64,000 bases of DNA from Candidatus Latescibacterota bacterium. Lineage in GTDB: Bacteria > Latescibacterota > UBA2968 > UBA8231. The position numbers and the translations under genes are program-made. The notes below the pieces were generated by a model. The model did not search any database, was not told the origin of the DNA, and saw only the letters and a list, made by a program, of their open reading frames with translations. The stretch is taken from assembly GCA_965197905.1 (NCBI GenBank), contig CBDAOB010000004.1, forward strand, positions 192,001-256,000, written 5' to 3'. Positions 29,135 through 38,373 of the stretch are shown in pieces. Position 1 is the stretch's first letter, and each line of letters opens with the position of its first letter.

Positions 29135-30031
29135 CTATTCGAGCTCGTAGAACCGCAAGGCATTTCCATGCCAGAGCTTCTGATTTTCCGCTGTCGAACG
29201 TAGTGCAACGATCTGCCGCAACGCTTCGACCCATTCGCGGAAAGAAGCAACCATCGTGCAGACCGGCCAATCTCCTCCGAAAATCACGCGTTCGGGTCCG
29301 AAGCTCCCGAGGCAATGATTGACGATGGGGGCGAGATCGTCCGCCGACCATTGCGGCCGCGCGCGGGCGACAATCCCCGATATCTTGCACATCATGTTCG
29401 CTCTCTCTCCCAGTGCTCCCATGTCCCGCATCCATTGATCGCGGTTGTGTCCCGCCTCTCCGGTATCCCCGGGTTGGGAGCCGTTGATCACATTCGGATC
29501 GGCGTTGCCGCAGTGATCAACCACGAATCGGGTGCCGGGGCATGAATCCGCCAGAGTTACCGCATCCGCAAGCTCGCCGGCCCGCATACACAGGTCGAAA
29601 CGCAATCCGATCTCACCCAGATAGCGAATGTTGGCCAGGAATGTTTCTTCTAGACAGAGCCCTCGAGGCGCAGAAACGGGATGCAAGACCTGGCGGATCC
29701 CTTTGATGTATTCCGAGGTCTTGAAGGTATCGACGTAGGCGCGAAAACCATCCTCGATGGGCCTGCCGGACAGTACGGCGGCGCAGGTTGGGTTGTCATC
29801 TCGTTGGCATAAATCTATGATGAATTCGGCTTCAGCCTCCCGTTGCTCATCCGGCACGTCCACTTCCATATAGATAGCCCTGTCAAGTCCCAGTTCCGAC
29901 GTGGCGTCCAGATAGTCGGCCGTGGAGTAGGTCCGGTCCAAGGGTGCTGCTCCTGCTGTCCAGGGCAGATCGAACTTCTCGAGGTCCCAAAGATGCTGGT
30001 GCGTATCAATGATCGTTTCCATGGGCGTCAT
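29135..30031 (-). CDS. Amidohydrolase_2 family protein (sugar-lactonase-like)
   Basis: IDTHQHLWD, GIRQVL, VVDHCG, CKISG, FGPERVIFGGDWPVC and NALRFY. Confidence 0.88.
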   Translation of the reverse strand: MTPMETIIDTHQHLWDLEKFDLPWTAGAAPLDRTYSTADYLDATSELGLDRAIYMEVDVPDEQREAEAEFIIDLCQRDDNPTCAAVLSGRPIEDGFRAYVDTFKTSEYIKGIRQVLHPVSAPRGLCLEETFLANIRYLGEIGLRFDLCMRAGELADAVTLADSCPGTRFVVDHCGNADPNVINGSQPGDTGEAGHNRDQWMRDMGALGERANMMCKISGIVARARPQWSADDLAPIVNHCLGSFGPERVIFGGDWPVCTMVASFREWVEALRQIVALRSTAENQKLWHGNALRFYELE

Positions 30032-30856
30032 TCTCCGAAGATTGCAACAGCTCGACCAACTCCCCGAGGATGACGTTCGACGCCACTACGAGGTCGGAAC
30101 CGTCGATGTCGTCGGGTAGGTCCGAGGTGGAAGGTCGCCACCGGCCGCGCTTTGCTCCGGCTTCGGTCGCGATCAGTGACGCGGCTGCTTGATCCCAGGG
30201 TTTGACGTTTTCGTAATAACCGTCGAGGCGTCCCATGGCGACCCAACATAGATCGAGGGCGGCCGAACCCGTCCTGCGCACGTCGCGACAATGCTCGAGA
30301 ACCTTGTGGAGTTGGGCGACCAGAGGGGCGACAACACTCTTATCGTACGGGAACCCGGTCGCAATGAGCAAATTGCGCAGATCAGCCGGGGAGGAGGCTG
30401 CGATGTTGGCGCCGTTCAACAACGCTCCTTTCCCTTTCGCGAAGATTGCAACGCGCGCTAAAGGTCTCGCCCAAGAACGGACAGTGAACCACCCCTGCTC
30501 GAACGGAACCCTCTTCGGCGTAGGCAATCGAGATGGCGACCTGATAATGATGGTATGCGTAATTTACCGTGCCATCGATGGGATCGATAATCCACAGCGG
30601 CTGCCGCAACATCCGCGGATCTTTGATAAGTGGCGCCGACTCTTCCGACAGGATCTGATGGCTTGGGAATCGCCTGGCTATTCGCGAGCAGATAAGCCGA
30701 TCCGCTTCCAGGTCGGCCGGGGTCACCATTTCGATGCTCTCTTTGTACTCTATCGTGATTCCGTTCGAGGAACGATGATCGAAAACCAACTGGCCCGCCT
30801 GCTGCGCCAAGTCAAGTGGCGAAATCGAGAGCCTCCATTGGGTCGATACGGGTCAT
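30006..30856 (-). pseudogene. Inositol monophosphatase (SuhB-like) broken by two frameshifts
   Basis: MTRIDPMEALDFAT is followed by one extra base at about 30814; then DLAQQAG...SEE...WIIDPIDGTVNY...GETFSA; then a 13-nt insert at about 30440-30452; then KGKGALLNG...GSAALDLCWVAMGRLDGYYE.VKPWDQAA. Confidence 0.82.
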
Positions 30857-30946
30857 GGGCACTCGGTCGGGGTGGGCGGTTGGTGGTGATGACACCGGCC
30901 GGGGCGCCCCCAACAGTGAGGGAAGGCTGCCCCGCCGCATTTTGTG

Positions 30947-31486
30947 TCAGTCCCGATGGCTCTCCCCAAGCGGGATGTAGGTAATGGGAGGCGTGTGTTT
31001 CTTGAACAATTTGCGTTTCTCCTTCTGCAGCTTGCGGAAAACCTGTGGGGTCATGGCGAGCCCTCTGGAGCTCAGTGTGGCAGCGATGTTCACGGTTTCG
31101 CCAAAGAGGTCGAATCTCTTTTCCGATCGAGTCCCCACCGGGCCGCAAACAACCGGACCGTAGTGGGCGCGAATGTAGTGCCGACAGGGCATCTCGCGTT
31201 GTGTCAACCAGGCGTCGCCGGTCTCTTTGATGGCAAGCAAGGCATCGACCCCGCGGTCGACGTCGCCATCGGGAAAAACAACCAGCGCCTCGTCGCCAAT
31301 AAACTTGACCACCTTGCCTCCGGCGTCGCCGACGATGCCGCCGATGACTTCGTAATAGGCTGAAACGGTGTCGAAAAGCTCGCGGGCTGAACAGGTTTTG
31401 GCGTATCGGGAGAATAGAGTCAGGTCGGTAAACGCCACCAGCACATCCAGTTCGGTGGGGGTAGAAATGGAGTCTATATCAATCAT
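30947..31486 (-). CDS. Stand-alone class III adenylate/guanylate cyclase domain protein
   Basis: VAFTDLTLFS, VKFIGD, HYGPVVCG.VG and RFDLFGETVNIAA; AGGAG RBS. Confidence 0.87.
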   Translation of the reverse strand: MIDIDSISTPTELDVLVAFTDLTLFSRYAKTCSARELFDTVSAYYEVIGGIVGDAGGKVVKFIGDEALVVFPDGDVDRGVDALLAIKETGDAWLTQREMPCRHYIRAHYGPVVCGPVGTRSEKRFDLFGETVNIAATLSSRGLAMTPQVFRKLQKEKRKLFKKHTPPITYIPLGESHRD

Positions 31487-31560
31487 TTCTGTCGCTCCTG
31501 AGTATCGGTCGTATAACGACGGCCCGTTCGTCCGTCAGATCGAAAAGGAATCGCCAGCCC

Positions 31561-32472
31561 CTATGTCTGGCAGTCTATTCGATTGTTCCTGCGTCGGCCT
31601 CCTTCTTCAAGAGTTTTGGGACCTCGGGCAATCGAGATCGCCCACGGGTATTGGCGTTGCCATTGCGCGTAGATCTCAGGCCGGCGGAAATGACGATAAA
31701 AGTGATCCGTCGAGGTCCGTGGGGTTTGGAGATCGGCTGCGTTGAGGTCGGCCACAACAATTTCCTCCCGGTCACCTGTTGCTTGCGCGATGACCGCTCC
31801 CTCAGGATTGCAGATAAAGGTGACCCCGGCGAAGGTTCTACCCATGCCGTTGTCTCCAACCTGATTGCAGATGGCAACGAACAACGCGTTATCGCAGGCA
31901 CGGGCCGGAAGGTAGCGCAACCAGCGGTCCATCTTCGCGTCGCGCACCTCGTCGCCACCAGAGGCATGCGGCATGAAGATCAGCTCGGCCCCGCGTTCAG
32001 CCAGGTTACTGCTGACCTCGGGAAAGTGGGAATCGTAACAAATTTCCACTCCGAAGCGGATTTTTTCGTGTTCGAATACCGGCAACTGGCTGCCGGGGCG
32101 AAAGGTGCCGATTTCCGAGGTCGGCACGTGCGTCTTGCGGTAGCTGCCGATCAATCCTGATGGTCCGCACACGACCTGAGTGTTGTAGATGATGCCGCTG
32201 CGGTCTAGCTCCAACAGTCCGGCCAGCAACATGATGTCGTGTTCGCGGGCGATGGCATTAAGGGCTGCCACCGAGTTGCCATCGAGCCGCTCGGGCTGTG
32301 GAGTCGACAGATCTCCGGCATTGTATCCGCACACACACAACTCGGGGAAACAGACGATCTCCACGTCCTGCTGCACCGCAGCAGCCGTAATTCGCCGTAT
32401 CGATTCCAGGTTGCCATCGACCTCGGCAACCTGACAATTCATCTGCACGGCCGCGATTCTCAAGTCTTGCAT
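31561..32472 (-). CDS. Carbon-nitrogen hydrolase (nitrilase superfamily)
   Basis: Catalytic triad FPE, YRKTH and EICYD; ARA.DN; RRPEIY. Confidence 0.9.
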   Translation of the reverse strand: MQDLRIAAVQMNCQVAEVDGNLESIRRITAAAVQQDVEIVCFPELCVCGYNAGDLSTPQPERLDGNSVAALNAIAREHDIMLLAGLLELDRSGIIYNTQVVCGPSGLIGSYRKTHVPTSEIGTFRPGSQLPVFEHEKIRFGVEICYDSHFPEVSSNLAERGAELIFMPHASGGDEVRDAKMDRWLRYLPARACDNALFVAICNQVGDNGMGRTFAGVTFICNPEGAVIAQATGDREEIVVADLNAADLQTPRTSTDHFYRHFRRPEIYAQWQRQYPWAISIARGPKTLEEGGRRRNNRIDCQT

Positions 32473-32476
32473 GTTG

Positions 32477-32650
32477 TCATGCCTGCTTCAGCTCGGTGCC
32501 GGGCCATTGAGCGTCGATGGCCGTGACGTCCACTGAGATTCCATCGGGATCTTCCACCTTGAAAGCGGTGTCTTTAATTGTGTCCCCCTCGGGTATCTTT
32601 CCTTCGATGTCACTTGCTCGAACACCAACGTGTACGAGGGTTGTCGTCAT
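32477..32650 (-). pseudogene. VOC/glyoxalase-family remnant with an apparent internal deletion (57 aa)
   Basis: The N-terminal motif HVGVRASDIE is joined almost directly to the C-terminal motif FKVEDPDGISVDV; GGAGAAGG upstream. Confidence 0.55.
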
Positions 32651-32779
32651 GCTGCCTTCTCCAAGGATTCGTTCCTCATGCATGGGACAAGAAGTGAAAA
32701 TCTTCAAGCAACCATATAATGTCGCCAGTCGACGAAGAACCGCCAGGAATCCACACGTGTTGGTCAGGTGCCGGCAGGG

Positions 32780-33208
32780 TTACTGAATCTCAAGGAGCTC
32801 GACCTCGAAAATCAACGTAGCGTTCTTCGGGATGACGGGTGGTGAACCGGGGGCGCCGTACCCAAGGGCGGGGGGGACCTTCAACTGCCGTATTCCTCCG
32901 ACCTTCATCGACATCACCCCTTCATCCCAACCGCGGATTACCTTGCGGCGCCCTATCTCGAACGAAAAGGGACGGTTCTTCGTTCTGGAACTGTCAAAAC
33001 GGCGCCCGCTCTGTAGCCATCCTGTATAGTGAACAGTCACGTTCTTGCCTTTGCTGGGGGAGGCGCCTTTGCCCTGCACCAGGTCGAAATAGAGCAGCCC
33101 CGTATCTGTGCGGACGTAATCACCTTCCTGTACTGGCGTCGGAGCGGCCGTGACATCTTCTCCAGTAGAGTTGCCGCCTCCCAACAATAGCTTCTTCAGC
33201 CAGCCCAT
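32780..33208 (-). CDS. FKBP-type peptidyl-prolyl cis-trans isomerase
   Basis: VHYTGWL..G..FDSS, VIRGWDEG, LGYG and IPKNATLIFEVELL; GAGGAGG RBS. Confidence 0.95.
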   Translation of the reverse strand: MGWLKKLLLGGGNSTGEDVTAAPTPVQEGDYVRTDTGLLYFDLVQGKGASPSKGKNVTVHYTGWLQSGRRFDSSRTKNRPFSFEIGRRKVIRGWDEGVMSMKVGGIRQLKVPPALGYGAPGSPPVIPKNATLIFEVELLEIQ

Positions 33209-33220
33209 GACTACCTCCTC

Positions 33221-33937
33221 TTATTCGAAAAACCCTTCGTCGTGCGGCCTGAGGTCGATCTCGAAGCTCCATGCGCCCTGTTTCTGATGGACGAGATCAG
33301 AATAGGACTTTGCCACCGCATCGATGTCAAGCAGCGGTTCGCCTTCCGCGGCGATGCCGTTGGCGCGGACGTCCGGCGTGTCGAGAATGCCGTCGATGAT
33401 GATGTGTGCTACGTGAATATTCGAGGGCCAAAGTTCGCGGGCAAGAGACCAGGCCAACCCGCGAGTGCCAAATTTCGCGCTGCTGAAGGCGGCGGCGCCG
33501 GCGCGGCCGCGCATTCCGGAGGTAGCTCCCGTGAAGAGGATGGCACCCCCGCCGCGTGTTTGCATATCGCCCGCGGCTTCCTTGCAACATAGAAACGCGC
33601 CATACGTACACACGCGCCAGGAGCGCTCGAAATCGTCAGGAGTCAGATCGTCAAGACCTGCCCACGTGGCGTTGCCCGCGTGATTGATCAGGAGGTCAAC
33701 CGGACCCAGGCTTTCACGGACGATCTCGAATCCCTTGCTGACCTGATGGGGATCGGTGATATCCGTTGGCACCGCCAGCGCACTTTCGTTTCGCGTCGCA
33801 AGCTCGGACGCCAATTCGCCTATGAATTGAGCCGTTCTGGCGAACATCGCCACGCGGTATCCCTCGTTCGCAAATCTGCGCACCAAGGCGGCGCCCAAAC
33901 CCGAGCCGACTCCTGTAACCAATGCGGTTTTAGTCAT
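33221..33937 (-). CDS. Short-chain dehydrogenase/reductase
   Basis: TGVGSGLG, FTGATSG, FSSAK (Phe in place of Tyr in YxxxK), IHVAHIIIDG and EIDLRP. Confidence 0.9.
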   Translation of the reverse strand: MTKTALVTGVGSGLGAALVRRFANEGYRVAMFARTAQFIGELASELATRNESALAVPTDITDPHQVSKGFEIVRESLGPVDLLINHAGNATWAGLDDLTPDDFERSWRVCTYGAFLCCKEAAGDMQTRGGGAILFTGATSGMRGRAGAAAFSSAKFGTRGLAWSLARELWPSNIHVAHIIIDGILDTPDVRANGIAAEGEPLLDIDAVAKSYSDLVHQKQGAWSFEIDLRPHDEGFFE

Positions 33938-33956
33938 AATTCCTTCACGCGGTCTA

Positions 33957-34385
33957 TCATGGCATGGGTTCGATCCTGATAAGGATCTTTACTTGCCCGT
34001 CGAGGTTCGCCGCCCGGGCAAAACCGATAGCCCCTTTGGTGCTGGCGACCCTGGCCACCAGATCTTCCTCCGACGGCATCGCTTCCGGGGGGTCTCCCTC
34101 ACCTGACAGTACCTTCTTGAGCCAGATCGACTTCATTCGGGAAGGTCGTTTACCGAGGAACTGGTAGAAGGCGTCTCGCGTTTCGCCTTTCGGTTTCAGG
34201 TCGAGCACGACCACCGGTTGTTGATCGGGCCACTTCACGATGTCAAACAGGTAGAAGTCCAGGAGTTCGCTCTTTTTAAGTGCATCGACAGGTACCGAGG
34301 GGTGGGCGATGACAGCTACTTCTGTGCTGTCGTCGGCCACGGCTAACAAAGGCATCATCAACAAGGTCGCAATCAACGATCGCAT
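33957..34385 (-). CDS. Small periplasmic binding-protein-like (PstS-like fold) protein
   Basis: Signal peptide; VAVIAHPS, FY..LGK..W....SG...PP and V..VA...GAIGF pattern. Confidence 0.75.
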   Translation of the reverse strand: MRSLIATLLMMPLLAVADDSTEVAVIAHPSVPVDALKKSELLDFYLFDIVKWPDQQPVVVLDLKPKGETRDAFYQFLGKRPSRMKSIWLKKVLSGEGDPPEAMPSEEDLVARVASTKGAIGFARAANLDGQVKILIRIEPMP

Positions 34386-34397
34386 ACAAGGCCTAAC

Positions 34398-35552
34398 CTA
34401 AAACAGGACGGACACCGCTACACTCGATACGCCGAAGCGATTCTTCTTCTTCTCCGTCGTGCCGGTGGAAAAATATCTCAGCCGATCGTCGTCGACGACA
34501 CGCGCGTATTGTGCCTTGAGGCGAATGCGTTCTCCGACGCTGTATGATGTCCCGGCCCCGTATACGCGAATATCCTCGTGCAACTCATCTTCGGGGGAGG
34601 TAGTGGAGGATTCTGCCAACTCATGTACCTCCGTGTCCCAGTAGGTGATGTAAGCCAGCAACTGCTCGCTGAGATTGTACCCGAGGGTCCAATAATAGAA
34701 ATCGAGATCCAGTTCCAGTCTGGGAGTGCCGGTGTCGAAATTGGCGACAATATACTCGCCGTTAAACCACCAGCTGCCTTGACCGTAGGAGAAATCTGCG
34801 CCGTATCTCACCTTGGGACGATCTTCGAGTTTTCTGGCCGGCATTCCCAGTTCGGTGGCAAACATCGCTAGCACATTCGTTTTCTCGTACGTGCCGGAGA
34901 CCCCGGCCTTCAGGTCACCGCGCCGTAAACCTAGGCGCGCTCCCACCAGAAAAGCCTCTGTGGTATCCAATCCGGTCTGAAACAGATCGGGGTTGTCGTT
35001 GATATTGGAACTGTTTCCCAGGTAGACGGCATAGTCGAGCTTGATCTCGCCCGCCGGGAGATACCCGTAGCTCTGCACAAAGGCCGTTGGAGGAACCCAC
35101 TCGTCTAGGGGCAGGAAGTCGCTGAAGGAAGATTCGTAGACCAGGGGACGCGTAATATAGGGCAACAAAGGGGTCCGGTTGTTGATCTCGTTCAGGTTGT
35201 TGAAGATCGGGATCTGAAGCCCGAGCTTCAGGTTGAGCTTCTCGTTCAGCCGGTATCGGACCCAGGCCTCTTCGAGCCGAGCCGCGCCCCATCGTTGCTG
35301 GGAAGAGTAGTTGTTCAAGAACTCGAAGTTGAGGAAGGCCGCCCAACTGTTGTTGAGATCCTTCTGAAAAAGGAGGTTCAGCTGCTGAAGATTGAAGAAA
35401 GTTTGAGCGCGATGATCCTCAAAGTCGGTCCAGCGCTGCAACGAGTTCTGGAAATAGCCGAATATTCGCAGCGGTTTCTCGCCGTCGTCGGCGACGCTCG
35501 ATCCGGCGCACAGGACCAGCAGCAGAATGGGTATCAAACAGCGAAATCTCAT
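34398..35552 (-). CDS. Outer-membrane beta-barrel / porin-like protein
   Basis: Signal peptide from MRFRCLIP; IFGYFQ, LEEAWVRY..LNLKLG; amphipathic strands; terminal Phe. Confidence 0.8.
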   Translation of the reverse strand: MRFRCLIPILLLVLCAGSSVADDGEKPLRIFGYFQNSLQRWTDFEDHRAQTFFNLQQLNLLFQKDLNNSWAAFLNFEFLNNYSSQQRWGAARLEEAWVRYRLNEKLNLKLGLQIPIFNNLNEINNRTPLLPYITRPLVYESSFSDFLPLDEWVPPTAFVQSYGYLPAGEIKLDYAVYLGNSSNINDNPDLFQTGLDTTEAFLVGARLGLRRGDLKAGVSGTYEKTNVLAMFATELGMPARKLEDRPKVRYGADFSYGQGSWWFNGEYIVANFDTGTPRLELDLDFYYWTLGYNLSEQLLAYITYWDTEVHELAESSTTSPEDELHEDIRVYGAGTSYSVGERIRLKAQYARVVDDDRLRYFSTGTTEKKKNRFGVSSVAVSVLF

Positions 35553-35645
35553 TTGGACAAACCTTCTTTGAGAACGGTCCCGCCCGAAAAGATAGTCGCG
35601 TTCAAGACGGCTCTCAAGACGAAGTGCGTAACTCCGCACTGGGAC

Positions 35646-38357
35646 TCAGATGGAGTAGCTTACGGACACCTCCGAAACGCGCGGAGACCGCATTCCGTTT
35701 ACCGCGCCCAGGGCGAGGCGGTACTGGATCCAGCGGCTGCCTCCGAGATGCCCATGGACAGCGTCACCGTTTTGGTACCAGCTGTCATTACCGTCCGGAC
35801 CCGACCACGGCGCACTTTCGAGTCTGTTCTCGCTATCAGACCAGCGAAGCTGGGCGCCTAGCCAGGTTTTTGCCGGCAGCTCGGCTTCCCATTGCACACG
35901 CTCTAGTTCAATGCCGTTCGGTACCTGGAATGGAACCGATTCGTAGTACTCCTCTTGACCGCGGTCGGCGATGTTTCCCGGATCGACGCAAATCATGCCG
36001 TGTGGCCCCATGGTTGGCAGCTTCGTCTGCCGAGCTTCCGAGAATCCCTCGGGCCCGTTCCACCACACTCCGGACCAGCCGATGTGGTCTCCCTCGATCT
36101 TGTGGTTGGCGATAGCCAGGTCGATCCAGCCATCCTCATCGAAATCGACAGCTACACATCCCGAAGCCGAGTGCGCGAAGAGCCGGGTAAAATCAAGGGC
36201 GGAGAAACCCCGATCGGGCTTGTTCCAGTATATGTAAGATTCGATGTCACGAGTACGGCCGTTGTGATAACACGGTACGAACAGATCCAATCTTCCGTCG
36301 TTGTCCAGATCTGCCACGCCGACAGAGAGAACATTGTTGGCGGGAAGCAAGGTTTTTCGCGACTCGTCCAGGCCGTCCGGTCCGTTCCAGTAAATGTGCA
36401 GGAAACAGTCGTCCGGCTCGCCCAGGGACGGAGGGCCTCCGCCAACCAGGAGATCCAAATATCCGTTACCCGTCAGATCGGCAGCCCGCGCGCAGACGCC
36501 TTTCCAGACCGACAGGATCTGCGACCGCTCCATGCTGAATCCCTGCGGTCCCCCCCAGAGAACAAAACTGCGATCGCCTTTGCTCTGTGGTACCACCAGG
36601 TCGAGCCAGCCGTCGTTGTTGAGGTCGGCCAGATAGATCCACAGGGGGCTGTCGCATTCGGTGTCCTCCAACTCCAGGTGAATGCCCTCGGGGTGTTCCA
36701 GATCGAAACCATGCTCCCCGCCGTAGAAGATCAGCAGATCGGGGCTTCGGTGGCCGCCGAAAACCAGGTCCAGATAACCGTCGCGATTCAGGTCGGCGCA
36801 ACAACCGCCATGCGCCAGGTTCGATGGCAGGCTCCAGGTCGGCTGGCGCTCGAACCCGGCGCCGGTATTGAGAAACACGTAGGAACCGGGATCGCGGGAC
36901 GGGGTGTTATGGGAAGAGTTGACCAGCACGAGATCCGGTAATCCGTCGTCGTTGAGATCGCAGCAAAGAGCTCCGATGGCACCCCAACCGGGAAGGTCCT
37001 GGCGTCGGTCGGGATGGAATCCGTCGGGGCCGCCGAAATAGATGGAGACGTCTACCTCTTCGGTCTTGTTGCGCGCCCGAGTGTTGACGAACACGAGATC
37101 GGGCCGCCGCGCACCGGATGGCCGCGCCATGAACACCCGCCGGGCATCGTGTCCGGTAAGACGTTCGACCTGGTGGCATCGTCCATCCTTCGAGACCTTG
37201 TACACGGGCGATTCGTGGGTAAACATGTCTTCCGTGTGACCCTGGCACAGGACGAACTCGTCGCGACCGTCATCGTCCAGATCGCCCACCGCAACGTCGC
37301 AGGCGCGAAAGCTCGCAACCTCGGTTCGGGTGGATTCGTTCACTGCCGCGTCAACGCCCCAGTATATGCAGGAAAATTCCCCTTCGCGCTCACGCGGGCG
37401 GCAGGCAAAAACAAGATCGGTGTTACCGCTTCCCGTCAGATCGCCGCCGGCGACTGCCAACGCCTGTGGACACTCGAAACGCAGTGCGGTGCCAAAATTC
37501 CGGTTCGGTTCGACGGGAACAAGAAGGGCGTGTTCGGCGCGGCCCACGAAGAGGTGAGGTTGGCCATGGAGTTGCACAAACTGGACCAGCGGTTTCGCGT
37601 CCTGCACAAACTCGGCCGCGGTCTTGTCCAGATCCGATGCGCCGTCGACCTCAGCGTTATCCAATGAGGTGGGGACTTGCGTTTTCGAACCTGGATCCAA
37701 CCCTTCGGGAGAGCCCCAGAATATGGTCATCTCACCGGTGGGATACCGCACCACCAGATCGTCACAGCCGTCGCCATCGAGATCCAAAGCCCCCAGCTGT
37801 TCACCGCCGATCTCGGTCTGAACGAACCGTTTGGGTTCGAAGCCAATCTCGGACTGGAAAAACAAACGCACCTTCTCCTCGCTCAGAAAGGCAAGGTCAG
37901 GTCGCCCATCCCCGTCGAAGTCGCCGGCCGCCACCGAGGTGCAACGAGGCGCCGGCAAACGCAAGTGGCCTTTTTCACTCCATCCGTCAGGCGAACCGAA
38001 ATAGATGAAGGCGTTCATGTGCATCCCGATACCGTTGTACCAGTTGCCGAGTACAAGGTCGTCGAAGCCGTCTCCGTTCAGATCCAGCACCGCCCCCGAC
38101 CAAGCGCCGTCTGCGGGGAGTTCGAGATTGGAGCGATCGCCCAGCGGGTCGCTGTAGATACCGACCGGAGCCATCTCCAGGTGGGATTGGCTATTGCTGA
38201 ATACCAGGTCGAAGTAGCCGTTGCCGTTGAAGTCGAATTGATGGATACGTTGTAGAAGCCCCGCCCTGGAGACGTAGAGATTGTGCCCCGCGTTGCCGAA
38301 GGTGCCCCGGCGGAACGCCTCGAATCCTTTGGTGACCCAAACCTCTTTCGTCGGCAT
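35646..38357 (-). CDS. FG-GAP/VCBS-repeat protein (903 aa)
   Basis: About a dozen DLN/DxDGxxDL and IY(F/W)G/N...GF repeats; no signal peptide. Confidence 0.88.
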   Translation of the reverse strand: MPTKEVWVTKGFEAFRRGTFGNAGHNLYVSRAGLLQRIHQFDFNGNGYFDLVFSNSQSHLEMAPVGIYSDPLGDRSNLELPADGAWSGAVLDLNGDGFDDLVLGNWYNGIGMHMNAFIYFGSPDGWSEKGHLRLPAPRCTSVAAGDFDGDGRPDLAFLSEEKVRLFFQSEIGFEPKRFVQTEIGGEQLGALDLDGDGCDDLVVRYPTGEMTIFWGSPEGLDPGSKTQVPTSLDNAEVDGASDLDKTAAEFVQDAKPLVQFVQLHGQPHLFVGRAEHALLVPVEPNRNFGTALRFECPQALAVAGGDLTGSGNTDLVFACRPREREGEFSCIYWGVDAAVNESTRTEVASFRACDVAVGDLDDDGRDEFVLCQGHTEDMFTHESPVYKVSKDGRCHQVERLTGHDARRVFMARPSGARRPDLVFVNTRARNKTEEVDVSIYFGGPDGFHPDRRQDLPGWGAIGALCCDLNDDGLPDLVLVNSSHNTPSRDPGSYVFLNTGAGFERQPTWSLPSNLAHGGCCADLNRDGYLDLVFGGHRSPDLLIFYGGEHGFDLEHPEGIHLELEDTECDSPLWIYLADLNNDGWLDLVVPQSKGDRSFVLWGGPQGFSMERSQILSVWKGVCARAADLTGNGYLDLLVGGGPPSLGEPDDCFLHIYWNGPDGLDESRKTLLPANNVLSVGVADLDNDGRLDLFVPCYHNGRTRDIESYIYWNKPDRGFSALDFTRLFAHSASGCVAVDFDEDGWIDLAIANHKIEGDHIGWSGVWWNGPEGFSEARQTKLPTMGPHGMICVDPGNIADRGQEEYYESVPFQVPNGIELERVQWEAELPAKTWLGAQLRWSDSENRLESAPWSGPDGNDSWYQNGDAVHGHLGGSRWIQYRLALGAVNGMRSPRVSEVSVSYSI

Positions 38358-38373
38358 TGTTGCTCCGGCGAAT

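Noticed and set aside
30901..30933. GC-rich hairpin between the cyclase and IMPase genes
   Set aside because: No U-tract and no second copy; expected by chance at this GC content.
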